A stretch of 64,000 nt of DNA from a virus (taxonomy: Duplodnaviria; Heunggongvirae; Uroviricota; Caudoviricetes): the IMG/VR virus record IMGVR_UViG_3300045836_000108, positions 1 through 64,000 of that record; one strand, given 5' to 3'. Positions 26,629 to 35,843 of this stretch are shown piece after piece (within the stretch, counting starts at the first letter, position 1; every line of letters begins with the position of its first letter). Both the position numbers and the translations under genes were made by a program. A model generated the notes under the pieces. The model was given only the letters and a program-made list of their open reading frames with translations. It was not told the DNA's origin and ran no database searches.

Positions 26629-27426
26629 CTAGTGGCGTCTCCTCCGGCCGCCCGAGTGACGCCGGACCGTGTAATGCTGAGAGTGGTGCGCACTGCTGCG
26701 GGAAGCCTGCCTAGAAGACGTTCTAGACGCCTTCTTGGCCGTGGCGTGATGCGGATGAGCCGCCCGGGAAGCAGCCATCTTCGCCTTCCGCGCTGCCTTC
26801 TGCGCAGGCGTCATCCTGGCGTTGGCCGCCTTGATGGCGGCGCTCATCTTCACCCGCCTAGCAGCCTTCTGCGCAGCAGTCATGTTGGCGTTGCGGCGTT
26901 TGATAGCGGCGGACAACTTCTGTCGCCGCGCCAGCTTCTGAGCCGCCGTCATGTTGGCGTTGTGCCGCCGAATAGCCGCCACCAGCTTTGCCTTACGCAT
27001 CGCCCTCTGCGCTGCGGTCATGTTGTGGGCGCGTTTCTTGGCAGCGGCCGACAGTTTCGCCTTCCGGGCCGCTCTCTGCTGCGGGGTCAGCTTCGCAAAT
27101 GCTGCCTTGCGTTTAGCGGAGATCTTGGCTTTCCGGGCAGACCTCTGTGCAGGCGTCATCGCAGCCAGCTTCTTGCGCATAGAAGCCGTCCGCTTGACAG
27201 CTAGGGCATGCCTTTGGGCCGAGGTGAGCTTAGCCATGCGCGCCTTCAGAGCGGCCTTCAGGTGCGCCTTCTGCGCCGCCGTCATCTTGTGGCCCTTGTG
27301 ATGACGGCCCTTCATACGGGCCCGGAGCTTGGCTCTGGCCGCCGACGACATGGGGTGACCTTTGTGGTGTCGTCCCTTGCCGTGATGCGGGTGGTTTCGG
27401 TTGTAAGCTGCCCAGCCACCCGCCAT
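26629..27426 (-). CDS. Lys/Ala/Arg-rich repeat protein with ~10 tandem ~22-aa repeats (MTAAQKAARKAKxSAAIKxxNA)
   Basis: 265 aa; His-rich termini; strong internal periodicity at DNA and protein level. Confidence 0.6.
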   Translation of the reverse strand: MAGGWAAYNRNHPHHGKGRHHKGHPMSSAARAKLRARMKGRHHKGHKMTAAQKAHLKAALKARMAKLTSAQRHALAVKRTASMRKKLAAMTPAQRSARKAKISAKRKAAFAKLTPQQRAARKAKLSAAAKKRAHNMTAAQRAMRKAKLVAAIRRHNANMTAAQKLARRQKLSAAIKRRNANMTAAQKAARRVKMSAAIKAANARMTPAQKAARKAKMAASRAAHPHHATAKKASRTSSRQASRSSAHHSQHYTVRRHSGGRRRRH

Positions 27427-27429
27427 CAG

Positions 27430-28089
27430 TTACCTCCGGGTGTACGCCGTCAAGATCTCCAACGCGTCCAGCCGGAGCGCGTCAGGGTCGTGGCCGTGCA
27501 TGGACTGTGCTGGGTCCAGCTGCTTCAACACGATGGAAGCCGCCATGAACTCGCACGCCTGCTCCAGGTCCAGCGGAACCGTGGAGTAGCCGCCGGAGTA
27601 CTGCACGACGATGGTGGTGCCCACCGGCACGTACGTTCCCAGCTGGAACCGGCAGTGACCGGTATCGGATTCGTATTGTGTCGTGTTGGGAACCACGGCC
27701 TGGGTACCCGAGTAGGACCGCAGCAGGCTGATGCTGCTGATGCTGCCGGTCCAGTACTCGGGGAACTTGGGAGGGTACTCCCGCACCCAGAAGTGGCGCA
27801 CAAGCTGGGAGGTGCCCAAAGACTGGGCGCGGGAGAAACCGATCTGCGCCGACGGCTCCATGGGGCCGGGGATCTCGGTGATGTCGTCCACATCAAGAGC
27901 TTGAGCGCGTTGAGTCTCGGTGAGGTTGGTGAACGGGGCCAGGCGCCGGTCCGCTGCGGATTCCAGCATGCGGGTGGCCCGCATCATGATCCGATCCAGG
28001 GCGGGTAGGGAGTAGTCGCGCACCAGGTCAGCGAACGCCCCCTGCTGCATGGTTGCGGAGGTGCACAGCGGAGTGGGGGTGTCGGACAC
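27430..28089 (-). CDS. Hypothetical structural protein (219 aa)
   Basis: Late-operon position. Confidence 0.5.
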   Translation of the reverse strand: MSDTPTPLCTSATMQQGAFADLVRDYSLPALDRIMMRATRMLESAADRRLAPFTNLTETQRAQALDVDDITEIPGPMEPSAQIGFSRAQSLGTSQLVRHFWVREYPPKFPEYWTGSISSISLLRSYSGTQAVVPNTTQYESDTGHCRFQLGTYVPVGTTIVVQYSGGYSTVPLDLEQACEFMAASIVLKQLDPAQSMHGHDPDALRLDALEILTAYTRR

Positions 28090-28101
28090 GGTGCCCTCCT
28101 G

Positions 28102-28383
28102 TTACTCGGCGATCTCAGTTTTCTTGGCGAGCTTGCCGTTTTCGTCCCTCACCAGGCGACCTTTGTCGTCGCGCGGACGCCGGAGCTTCGGGGTGGGTTC
28201 TTTGTCCTCAGGAGACTCCTTGGGAGTCTGTTCTTTCGGCTCGGGCGCGGAGGCTTCGCTGAAGCCGCCCTGGGGGATGTTGAGGAGTTCGGTGGCCAGT
28301 TCGTCCTCAACCCAGAGGACCTGTCCGTCTTCGTCCCACGTGTGACCCGGGGCACTTCCGGCCTTGTCTTTCTTGAGGTACAT
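28102..28383 (-). CDS. Hypothetical protein (93 aa), Lys/Glu/Pro-rich
   Basis: First late gene after the opposite-strand island. Confidence 0.45.
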   Translation of the reverse strand: MYLKKDKAGSAPGHTWDEDGQVLWVEDELATELLNIPQGGFSEASAPEPKEQTPKESPEDKEPTPKLRRPRDDKGRLVRDENGKLAKKTEIAE

Positions 28384-28388
28384 GATCC

Positions 28389-28440
28389 GCCTTTACTTCA
28401 CCTTTACGACGCTTACATTTATGCGGTAACGTAAGGGACC
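28389..28440 (+). promoter_or_regulatory. Variant copy of the conserved promoter module (CTTTAC..GCTTAC..TAACGT..GTAAGGGA) heading the + strand island
   Basis: Sequence similarity to the 55-64 kb modules; followed by GGAGG and the GTG of gene 28501. Confidence 0.4.
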
Positions 28441-28500
28441 CGTTACCCCGTGAGCCAGGCTAAGGCCCACGAGGACTCACGCTAACTCCGGAGGCACCAC

Positions 28501-28767
28501 GTGGACTACCTGCTGACCCTCACACTGGCATACCGGGAGGGCACGACCATGCGTTACGCCGACGCGCGTTACATCGTCAGTATCGCGCCCGGCCAGCAGA
28601 CCTCCGACATCCTCACGGAGGCGTACGCCAAGCTGGTGGCCGAAAAGGAGATCGACGACACCCCCGGCAAGTGCGCCGTCGTCGCCTGGAACCTGGTCCC
28701 CAACGTTCTGGTTCCGGAGCCGGTGAACCAGCTCATGACCGCCCGCCCCTCCGCGCGTAAGAGGTAG
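28501..28767 (+). CDS. Hypothetical protein (88 aa), island gene 1
   Basis: GTG after CCGGAGG. Confidence 0.45.
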   Translation: MDYLLTLTLAYREGTTMRYADARYIVSIAPGQQTSDILTEAYAKLVAEKEIDDTPGKCAVVAWNLVPNVLVPEPVNQLMTARPSARKR

Positions 28768-28769
28768 GA

Positions 28770-29381
28770 GTGCCCCAAGGCCACGGACGCCGGTCCATCC
28801 CAAGCGCCAGACTCCGCAAGGAAATCCTGGAACGGCAGGGACACGTCCTGCGCATAGACGCCAGCGAAGAACAAGCCACCGTTGGTGTCGTACGCAAAGA
28901 CGGCAGAACCACCACCGTCACCGTCACGCCGGACGACCTCACCGACGCCCGACGGCGCGGACCCGTATTCAAACAACAACCGCAGGCTCTCCTCACCGCA
29001 ATGGCGCTGCACGCCGCAGCCGACTGGAGCGCTGAGGAAGACCGGCTGGACCGGCTCCGGGACGCTTTGGCCGTGGACGCGCCTTACTGCGTATGCGCGA
29101 TGTGCCTGGAAGGAAAGCACGTACCGCTTCACACCGCTGAACCGGTCAACATCGCCTACCTCATCCTCGGCAAACAACGCAACAACACAGGAGAACCCGT
29201 TGAGCTGAGCGTGGAGTACGTCATTGCCTCCAACGGACGGCTGGAGCTGAGCAAACCGCCGTACTACATCGAGGCCAGGATCTTCGACAGAGACGCGGCC
29301 ACCTACCGGCGGTACGACGTCAAGCCCTGGTGGGGAGAGTTCGTGAAAAACAAGCGCGGAGAGTGGTGGGGTACACGGTGA
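28770..29381 (+). CDS. Hypothetical protein (203 aa), Cys motif CVCAMC
   Basis: GTG after TAGGAG. Confidence 0.5.
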   Translation: MPQGHGRRSIPSARLRKEILERQGHVLRIDASEEQATVGVVRKDGRTTTVTVTPDDLTDARRRGPVFKQQPQALLTAMALHAAADWSAEEDRLDRLRDALAVDAPYCVCAMCLEGKHVPLHTAEPVNIAYLILGKQRNNTGEPVELSVEYVIASNGRLELSKPPYYIEARIFDRDAATYRRYDVKPWWGEFVKNKRGEWWGTR

Positions 29382-29590
29382 AGATCTACAGATGGACGGC
29401 GGTGATGAACTTCATCATCGCCGCGACATGGCTGTTTGAAGCTTGCGTCAACGGCAGCTTCCTGGACCTGTTCGACAGCGTCCTGTGGTTGATCATCGGC
29501 GTCGCCAACATGGCCGTGTACGTCGGAAAGAAGCGCATTGCCGAGCTGAAGGAGGAGTTAGCCGTTGAGCGCGCCCGAAACAACCTCTAA
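29378..29590 (+). CDS. Small membrane protein (70 aa, 2 TM)
   Basis: GTGA overlap start. Confidence 0.4.
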   Translation: MKIYRWTAVMNFIIAATWLFEACVNGSFLDLFDSVLWLIIGVANMAVYVGKKRIAELKEELAVERARNNL

Positions 29591-29999
29591 GACGCTCCGG
29601 CAGTCTCCCCTGACCGACGCCCTGGGTCTGCCCCTGGAAGGCCCGGAGAAGCCCGCTCCGGCCGTCCTGACCCTGCCTATGCAGTACACCGTGTCCGTGT
29701 TCCCGCTGGATGACCCCCGCCACAACCGCTACGCCTGCAAAGTCATCCGCTCCACCGACGTCGGAGAACGGCACCCCGGGGACAACTTCTACATCGTGAG
29801 GTTAGGCTCGTACCTGGCCGCCGACGGCTGGTGGGAACGGCCCACGCCGCAAGTCCTGGAAGACCCTGGACTCACCGTCGAGTGGATTGAAAACCACTCA
29901 TTCCCCCGAGAACAAGCCCTGCGCATGGCCCGCAAAGCCGCGCCCTACATTGAGTACAAGGGCATCACAGCGCTTCAAGCTAAGGACGCGACGTGCTGA
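29565..29999 (+). CDS. Hypothetical protein (144 aa)
   Basis: TTG after AAGGAGGAG. Confidence 0.45.
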   Translation: MSAPETTSKTLRQSPLTDALGLPLEGPEKPAPAVLTLPMQYTVSVFPLDDPRHNRYACKVIRSTDVGERHPGDNFYIVRLGSYLAADGWWERPTPQVLEDPGLTVEWIENHSFPREQALRMARKAAPYIEYKGITALQAKDATC

Positions 30000-30280
30000 T
30001 CGAGTTTGTCCTGGGCTACCTGCTGGTAGGCATGCTGTACGCCCTCGGGTACCACGCCATCATCCGCCACATCCGGCGCCACGCCCGCGACGGCGTTGCC
30101 AACCGGGAAGAAAACAACATCCTCAAGGAGGCAGACTCCCCCGGGGCGGCATGGCGCTACACGATCGCCATCGTTTTCCTGTGGGTCTACTTCATCGCCA
30201 GGTTCACCCGTGACTACCTCGCAGGTCTCGGCGATGATGACGACGACCCGCAGGACCGAGTACCGCCCAGGTTCCGGTGA
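29993..30280 (+). CDS. Membrane protein (95 aa)
   Basis: GTG start; two hydrophobic helices. Confidence 0.45.
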   Translation: MLIEFVLGYLLVGMLYALGYHAIIRHIRRHARDGVANREENNILKEADSPGAAWRYTIAIVFLWVYFIARFTRDYLAGLGDDDDDPQDRVPPRFR

Positions 30281-30612
30281 CCGCGTCCATTTACGCCGTC
30301 GCCTTGTCCCTAGCCTTCATCGGCTGGGGTCTGACAACTCCGCTGTGGGACCTGTGGAACTGGATCAAAAGGAGACAAGAGGTGGAGGCTAAATACACCA
30401 ACAACCTCCAGCTGCGCACGCTCGCCGCCCGCGACACCGTCGCTCAAGACGGCTGCTGCGACGTCAAGCTGGAGAAACCCGACGGTGAACGGTGGAAGCT
30501 GTGCCGTCTTCCCGCAGGACATACCGACCATCGCGTCACCGTGGAGGCGTACAACCCGGGCGACCGTAAGTACGTCGTCATGGAAATCTACCGGGACAAG
30601 GAGCAGAACTGA
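30277..30612 (+). CDS. Membrane-anchored hypothetical protein (111 aa)
   Basis: GTGA overlap; N-terminal TM. Confidence 0.45.
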   Translation: MTASIYAVALSLAFIGWGLTTPLWDLWNWIKRRQEVEAKYTNNLQLRTLAARDTVAQDGCCDVKLEKPDGERWKLCRLPAGHTDHRVTVEAYNPGDRKYVVMEIYRDKEQN

Positions 30613-30857
30613 TGTCCTCACAGTACGTGCCGGTTGCGCCCCCCGACCCCAAGTTGGACCACAGGTTCGCACCCCGCGCCGAGTACCTGGTGATCCGCTG
30701 GGACCCCATCATGCAGCAGTGGCTGCCGCCCCGCCCCGCCGTCACCGACAAGAACGTGGCCCAGGACCGGCTGCGTACCTGGCGCAGGCAGCACCCCCGT
30801 CGCCACTTCCGCATGGTGGTCGTCGAAACCACCTACAAATTGGTGGAGGACGCGTGA
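30612..30857 (+). CDS. Hypothetical protein (81 aa)
   Basis: ATGA overlap. Confidence 0.45.
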   Translation: MSSQYVPVAPPDPKLDHRFAPRAEYLVIRWDPIMQQWLPPRPAVTDKNVAQDRLRTWRRQHPRRHFRMVVVETTYKLVEDA

Positions 30858-31069
30858 AAAACCGGGCCCTCATCATGCGGCTGTTGAAGTATCCCTGGGA
30901 TGCCGAGATCGTTATCCCCGCCCCCAACAACAAGCCCTGCGCTGTCCAACCCGTCAACGACGTCACCGCCGGAACCTACCAGCAGCACCACGCCGACATG
31001 GGCGAGTTCCGCGAGGACGAGCTGCCCGGAGACGGCGGAGTGGCCGCCATCCGGCTGGACCGGCTCTGA
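30854..31069 (+). CDS. Hypothetical protein (71 aa)
   Basis: GTGA overlap. Confidence 0.4.
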   Translation: MKNRALIMRLLKYPWDAEIVIPAPNNKPCAVQPVNDVTAGTYQQHHADMGEFREDELPGDGGVAAIRLDRL

Positions 31070-31206
31070 TGACCCGGCGTCTCTGGGGGTCCGCCATCAT
31101 CGCGCTCATCGTCGGCGCCGCCGTCGGATGGCTCATCACCGACGTCATCCTCGGGCCGTCCAAACCCGCCCCAGTCACCCACGGCGCCCCGTTCCCGGGC
31201 GCATGA
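31069..31206 (+). CDS. Tiny membrane protein (45 aa)
   Basis: TGATG overlap; single TM helix. Confidence 0.35.
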   Translation: MTRRLWGSAIIALIVGAAVGWLITDVILGPSKPAPVTHGAPFPGA

Positions 31207-31244
31207 ACCAACCCGCACAACAGCGCAACGCTTCAAGGAGATTC

Positions 31245-31466
31245 ATGGAGGAGATCTCAGGCGGCTTTCCCGTCTGTTCCCTCGCGACCGGCTGGATCAT
31301 CGACGCCAACGGCGTCAAGTATCCGGCGTTGCGCTTCTGCGTGGAAGGCCAGCCTACCGATGAAGATCTGGTGGTGCCGTTGAACGTCGGCGCCATCGTG
31401 GAGCTTCAGGACGCGCTCCAGTCCATCCTGGATCAAGCCTTGGAGGAGGATGCCCGTGGCCAGTAA
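31245..31466 (+). CDS. Hypothetical protein (73 aa; alt start 31203)
   Basis: ATG 5 nt after AAGGAG. Confidence 0.4.
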   Translation: MEEISGGFPVCSLATGWIIDANGVKYPALRFCVEGQPTDEDLVVPLNVGAIVELQDALQSILDQALEEDARGQ

Positions 31467-31677
31467 CGACTACCCGGGCCAGACGCCGCTGGAAGAGAAC
31501 TCGGTCTGGAAAATCCAGGTTAAAACCAACGGCAACTGGAAGCTGTTCGAGACCGACTACCACCCGCTGCGCGGTATGGCGTTGGACCGGATTGAGTTCC
31601 TGCGGGACGCCTACCGCAGCTACGAGTTCCGCCTCATCCGCATCACCACCGGCATCTACGTAGACGGAGAACCCTAA
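31450..31677 (+). CDS. Hypothetical protein (75 aa)
   Basis: Overlapping start. Confidence 0.4.
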   Translation: MPVASNDYPGQTPLEENSVWKIQVKTNGNWKLFETDYHPLRGMALDRIEFLRDAYRSYEFRLIRITTGIYVDGEP

Positions 31678-31928
31678 TGGCCCGCACATGGGTGTACGAG
31701 TACGCCTCTGATCCCGACTCCGGCGAATCCGTGGAGGACATCACGTTCGAGTACCGGCCTAACGGCACCGTCAACATCGTCGCCCACGACGCCACGATGG
31801 GGACCGTGGAACTGGTAGGCATGCCGTTGGCCGCTCTGATGGAGGGCGCCGCCGCCATGGCTACGTACGCTACGGCCAACATCAAGGCCGCAGCCGTAGC
31901 CCTTGAACAGCTGAAGGCTCACCTGTGA
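31677..31928 (+). CDS. Hypothetical protein (83 aa)
   Basis: TAATG overlap. Confidence 0.45.
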   Translation: MARTWVYEYASDPDSGESVEDITFEYRPNGTVNIVAHDATMGTVELVGMPLAALMEGAAAMATYATANIKAAAVALEQLKAHL

Positions 31929-32308
31929 CCGCGCCGGAGCGGCTGCGGCCCAAAGAGCCTGACCAGTGGGCCACCAACATCCCGGGACGGCGTCCGGAGT
32001 TCAAAACCCATCGGATCCTGGCCCACGCCAAGAACGCCATCAACAACTTCCAGGGGCCGTTGAGCCGGGGCGTCTTCACCTGCGACATGATCCTGTACAA
32101 GCTGGTGGACGGGCAGTACGAACCTCACCTGAAGATCGCCCGGGGTACCAGGCGGGAGGACTATCCGCTGCTGGCTCCCAAGCCTGACCCGCCGTCGCAT
32201 AAGCGCGCTGAACTTGGCCGCCTGGAAAGCTCTCTGCGGTACCACGAGAAATCCGTGGAGGAACTCAAGGCCAAGATCGCGGCGCTGCGGAAGGAACTCG
32301 GTCCGTGA
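31925..32308 (+). CDS. Hypothetical protein (127 aa), coiled-coil C-terminus
   Basis: GTGA overlap. Confidence 0.45.
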   Translation: MTAPERLRPKEPDQWATNIPGRRPEFKTHRILAHAKNAINNFQGPLSRGVFTCDMILYKLVDGQYEPHLKIARGTRREDYPLLAPKPDPPSHKRAELGRLESSLRYHEKSVEELKAKIAALRKELGP

Positions 32309-32742
32309 TGGACAACTATTACGAGGCCAACAACCTGCTGGCAATTGCGGCCCCGTTCCGTCCGGGGCCGCAGCGGGACTCGCTCGTTCAGGAAGCCCTG
32401 ACGCATGCGATTCTGGCTCTGGTTTCCGAGCTTCGTAAGGGACGCCGCGCCGACATGGACAAAGGCGCCGTTACGCTGCACCGGCTCGTTACGACGTTAG
32501 CCCGATCGGGTGGCGTTTTGACCCGCGAGGTTTGGGTCGAGGGTTACCCGCACGGCGAAACGGGAAAAGTCATCATCGGCTCTCCCTCCAACCCTGAGAC
32601 AGCGCCCTTCTGGGCTGTTGAAGGCGACGGCCCGTACAGGCTCTTGCTGGGGTACAGCAACGAGGATCCCTACTACCTGGATCGCGGCCATCACCGGGGA
32701 GACCCCGTGGAGATCGTCGTCAACAACCGGAGGAACACATGA
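32305..32742 (+). CDS. Hypothetical protein (145 aa)
   Basis: GTGATG overlap. Confidence 0.45.
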   Translation: MMDNYYEANNLLAIAAPFRPGPQRDSLVQEALTHAILALVSELRKGRRADMDKGAVTLHRLVTTLARSGGVLTREVWVEGYPHGETGKVIIGSPSNPETAPFWAVEGDGPYRLLLGYSNEDPYYLDRGHHRGDPVEIVVNNRRNT

Positions 32743-33005
32743 AGGACCGCGTCCGTCACCGTCGGCGCATCTGCGCTGTGCCGCCGCCGACTATCCCCAG
32801 GGACCCCAAGCCGGGCAAGCCTCCGGGCCCGCATTCACCGCAGCCGGACCCGACTCCTACCGGTCCGCCCCCGGCTCCGCGTAGGGAGATCCCGGAGCAG
32901 CGTCGCGACAAGTACCGGCAGTCCGAAATGTATCCGACGCTGATTTCGGTGTGGCCGGACGAGACCTGCGCGCATGGCCTGCACGGGGCGGTGACGGCTG
33001 CGTAG
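32739..33005 (+). CDS. Pro-rich hypothetical protein (88 aa)
   Basis: ATGA overlap. Confidence 0.4.
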   Translation: MKDRVRHRRRICAVPPPTIPRDPKPGKPPGPHSPQPDPTPTGPPPAPRREIPEQRRDKYRQSEMYPTLISVWPDETCAHGLHGAVTAA

Positions 33006-33028
33006 GTTAGCTGAGTATCGAGCTTGTT

Positions 33029-33090
33029 CAGCCCTTCCGGCGCATGTCGGAAGGGCTTTACTTTGCTTACCGACTTCGGTAACGTTGACC
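33029..33090 (+). promoter_or_regulatory. Terminator hairpin + conserved promoter module inside the island
   Basis: Hairpin GCCCTTCCGGC-GCATGT-CGGAAGGGC, then CTTTACTTTGCTTAC, 17-nt spacer to TAACGT. Confidence 0.5.
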
Positions 33091-33131
33091 CTGCAAACAC
33101 CGACCAGGCCACACCAGAGGAGAAGCTGGAA

Positions 33132-33599
33132 ATGACCACCTACCGCCGGTTCACCACCGCCACCGTCGAGGACACCTTCGTCATCACCGAACTCACCCCC
33201 ACTGAGAACCACCCCAACAACTGGTGGCTCGACAAGATCGACGGCGTGTTCACCACCCTCGACACCCTCCAGGGCGCCTGGGACAAGGCCCGCGCCCAGG
33301 AACTGCCGGTGACCGTCCACACCCTCAACGGCGCCACCAAGAACCTCGGCGTGGTGTTCAACCCCGAGGTGTTCGAGCGCCGCGCCTACTCCGGCTACGT
33401 CGGCTACGGCCTATCCATGACGGACGGCTGGTACAGCCCCATCGACTTCGACGCCTGGGTCAAGGCCTTCCGCCGCTTCCCCGCCGAGGAACTGGCCCGC
33501 GAGAACGACTTCCACACCAACGCCCTCCCGCTGTACCTGGAGGCGCTGAAGCTCCGCAACGAGTACAACGAGGCCCTGGCCGCCGCCAACGCCTCCTGA
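33132..33599 (+). CDS. Hypothetical protein (155 aa)
   Basis: ATG after GAGGAGAAG; own promoter module. Confidence 0.5.
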   Translation: MTTYRRFTTATVEDTFVITELTPTENHPNNWWLDKIDGVFTTLDTLQGAWDKARAQELPVTVHTLNGATKNLGVVFNPEVFERRAYSGYVGYGLSMTDGWYSPIDFDAWVKAFRRFPAEELARENDFHTNALPLYLEALKLRNEYNEALAAANAS

Positions 33600-33675
33600 G
33601 CCAGCCTGAGGGTTCCCGGAGCCACCCCGGGGGCGCCTCAAGTCCGCTCAGGACACGCCTACCGGAGGAGACAGC

Positions 33676-34191
33676 GTGGAAAAGCCCAGAATCGGCGACG
33701 TCGCCAAAGACGCCAACGGCAACCTGTGGATGGTGAACGGCGGAGACGCTAACGGCCCATCCATCACCCTCATGCCGCTGGACAACAACGAATTCGGGAT
33801 CTTCCCCTACACGGCGCAACGCGACGACAACGGCTATTTCTTGTCGCTGCCCCCGCGCGGCCTGGACAACGACCAGCTCACCTTCACCGGCGTCAACGTC
33901 TGCGAACTCTGCACCGGCCTGGACAACGGCTCCCTCATCGTCAAGGACGTCAGCTTGAACGCCGAGGCCGAGGAACAGAAGATCTACGCCAAGGCCTCCC
34001 GCATGGACCGGCTCAAGGATTGGACGCTGGAGCGTTACATCGAGGCCGTGAACGCCCAAGGCGACCGTGAAGCCGCCATCTTCGAACACGCCAGCAACCT
34101 GTTCTTCATCGAGACCGGCATGTTCCCCACCTCCAGCCCGCAGGCGTACATCCGGTACGTAAAAGACCTGAACAGAACCGTCAAGAAGTGA
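33676..34191 (+). CDS. Hypothetical protein (171 aa)
   Basis: GTG after CCGGAGGAGA. Confidence 0.5.
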   Translation: MEKPRIGDVAKDANGNLWMVNGGDANGPSITLMPLDNNEFGIFPYTAQRDDNGYFLSLPPRGLDNDQLTFTGVNVCELCTGLDNGSLIVKDVSLNAEAEEQKIYAKASRMDRLKDWTLERYIEAVNAQGDREAAIFEHASNLFFIETGMFPTSSPQAYIRYVKDLNRTVKK

Positions 34192-34271
34192 GCGCCGAAA
34201 CGCCGGGAGGCGTCGTTGTGGGATGGCAGCCCACGGCCCGAACGAGGCAGGCCGCAACCAGAGGAGAAGAC

Positions 34272-34571
34272 ATGAGCGACAACACGCTGGGCGTCAGCGC
34301 CCTGGACGCGTACGTGGACAGCATCGATGACGGCGCCCCGCTCTCCGACAGCGAGAAGCACCTCCAGCAGGCCCTGAAGGCCGCGCGCCTGGAGGAGGTC
34401 CACGCGTGGCTGAAGGACCGGTTCAAGACGGCGTACGAGCAGGGCGACTACATCAACGAGGCCGCCGCCGTCGAGACGCTGTACCTGATCGAGACCGGCA
34501 AGCAGCCGGAGAACGACAACCGGGAGGACGTGGAGACGTTCCGCCGCCATCTCCTCGACGAACTGCTCTGA
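34272..34571 (+). CDS. Hypothetical acidic protein (99 aa)
   Basis: ATG after AGAGGAGAAG. Confidence 0.45.
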   Translation: MSDNTLGVSALDAYVDSIDDGAPLSDSEKHLQQALKAARLEEVHAWLKDRFKTAYEQGDYINEAAAVETLYLIETGKQPENDNREDVETFRRHLLDELL

Positions 34572-34639
34572 CCGACCCGCTTCAGCGCTCCTGGGCCGCC
34601 CGGGGGTTGCTGTGGGGGCCTGTCCATCTAGGAGGAGAC

Positions 34640-34927
34640 GTGAAGTTCAAAGGTGACCGCCGACACGTGAACGCGGTGGAGGCGTTGATGAAGGAGGAGA
34701 TCCAGCATGGCCGGATAGCGGTCACTGCCACCACTGTCCAGTTCCTGCCGGAAAGGGAAGCTCTGGTAATGGTGGAACGTGCCTTGGACCGGGCCCAACC
34801 CGGCTGGCGCAACTCCCCTCTGGAACACCTGCACAGCTTCCCGCAACCCCGCCCCCGATACATGCTCCTGCTGTCCATCCGCGATTGGATCTGCAAACAG
34901 CAGGGCCTCAACCCCCGCAACACCTGA
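34640..34927 (+). CDS. Hypothetical protein (95 aa)
   Basis: GTG after TAGGAGGAG. Confidence 0.45.
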   Translation: MKFKGDRRHVNAVEALMKEEIQHGRIAVTATTVQFLPEREALVMVERALDRAQPGWRNSPLEHLHSFPQPRPRYMLLLSIRDWICKQQGLNPRNT

Positions 34928-34940
34928 GAGGAGAAGACCG

Positions 34941-35501
34941 GTGGAGTTCAGCAGCTTATCGCCGGAGATTCAGCGCAGCCTCATGTCTGGCTGCAAACTG
35001 ATCACCCACGCGTCCGCGCCCCACGACATGCACATCAGCACCGCCGTGGAGATCCAGATCTACCGCACCCCGGACGAGCCGGTGGTGAAGATGCTGTGCC
35101 ACGCCTGCGCAGAATTCGCGGACGACGGCACCTATCACCTCATCCCCGTCAAACCGCCGTCGGTGGAGATTCCCTCCGCCAGCATGCGGCTGGAATTGGC
35201 AGCAATGCTGGCCCGACGCAACTACGCCAGCGTCCTGCGCGGCAACCGGGAAACCAATCAGTGGCGCTCCGGCGTCGAGTGGGCCGAGATGCTGTTTGCC
35301 ATTGAACACGGCTACGAGCGGCGCATGGCCGACCCGGAAGAGTGGGACGCCTTTGAGGAGGAGCTGCACAGCTCCACCCAGGCGTTCCTGGTGGCGGAGC
35401 ACGAGAAGTCGTTCGCGGACGTTGCCGCCGAGCAGGCCCTGATCGACACCGGCCACCACCCCATCAAGTGGGGTATCGGAGCGCCGGAGAGTGTGCAGTA
35501 G
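34941..35501 (+). CDS. Hypothetical protein (186 aa), last island gene
   Basis: GTG after GAGGAGAAG. Confidence 0.5.
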   Translation: MEFSSLSPEIQRSLMSGCKLITHASAPHDMHISTAVEIQIYRTPDEPVVKMLCHACAEFADDGTYHLIPVKPPSVEIPSASMRLELAAMLARRNYASVLRGNRETNQWRSGVEWAEMLFAIEHGYERRMADPEEWDAFEEELHSSTQAFLVAEHEKSFADVAAEQALIDTGHHPIKWGIGAPESVQ

Positions 35502-35560
35502 GAGCAAACCTCCGGGACCCGGAGCCTGCCCCATGCGTCTCTGGCCAACCTTGAACAGAA

Positions 35561-35634
35561 AGCCCCCTACGGACAACCGTAGGGGGCTTCTGCGTGGGTC
35601 TAAAAAGCCCCGGCAATCCCGTGGGACGCCGGGG
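35561..35634. terminator. Two hairpin terminators between the + island and the capsid gene
   Basis: GCCCCCTACGG-ACAAC-CGTAGGGGGC followed by T-rich tract, then GCCCCGGCAATCCCGTGGGACGCCGGGG. Confidence 0.55.
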
Positions 35635-35843
35635 AACAATCCGGGCTACACCTCACCCGTCCCCTGGCAGGTACCGCAAGGACCGGCCTCATAACACCAC
35701 ACGGGGACACCGTTCTGGGACCCGTTCTCGTGGCTGAACTTCTGTCCATGCCTGCAAGGGATACGGCCGGAGCCGCTACAAGTCGTACAAGTTGACATCA
35801 GTCAACCCTACCAACCGCAACGGCCCGGCCAAGCCAAGCATCA

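Noticed and set aside
26620-27204. Plus-strand 194-aa ORF antisense to the Lys/Ala repeat gene
   Set aside because: Arg/Leu/Ser-rich translation produced by the complement of GCN/AAG repeats. The minus-strand frame has a start directly after the upstream gene and fits operon coupling.
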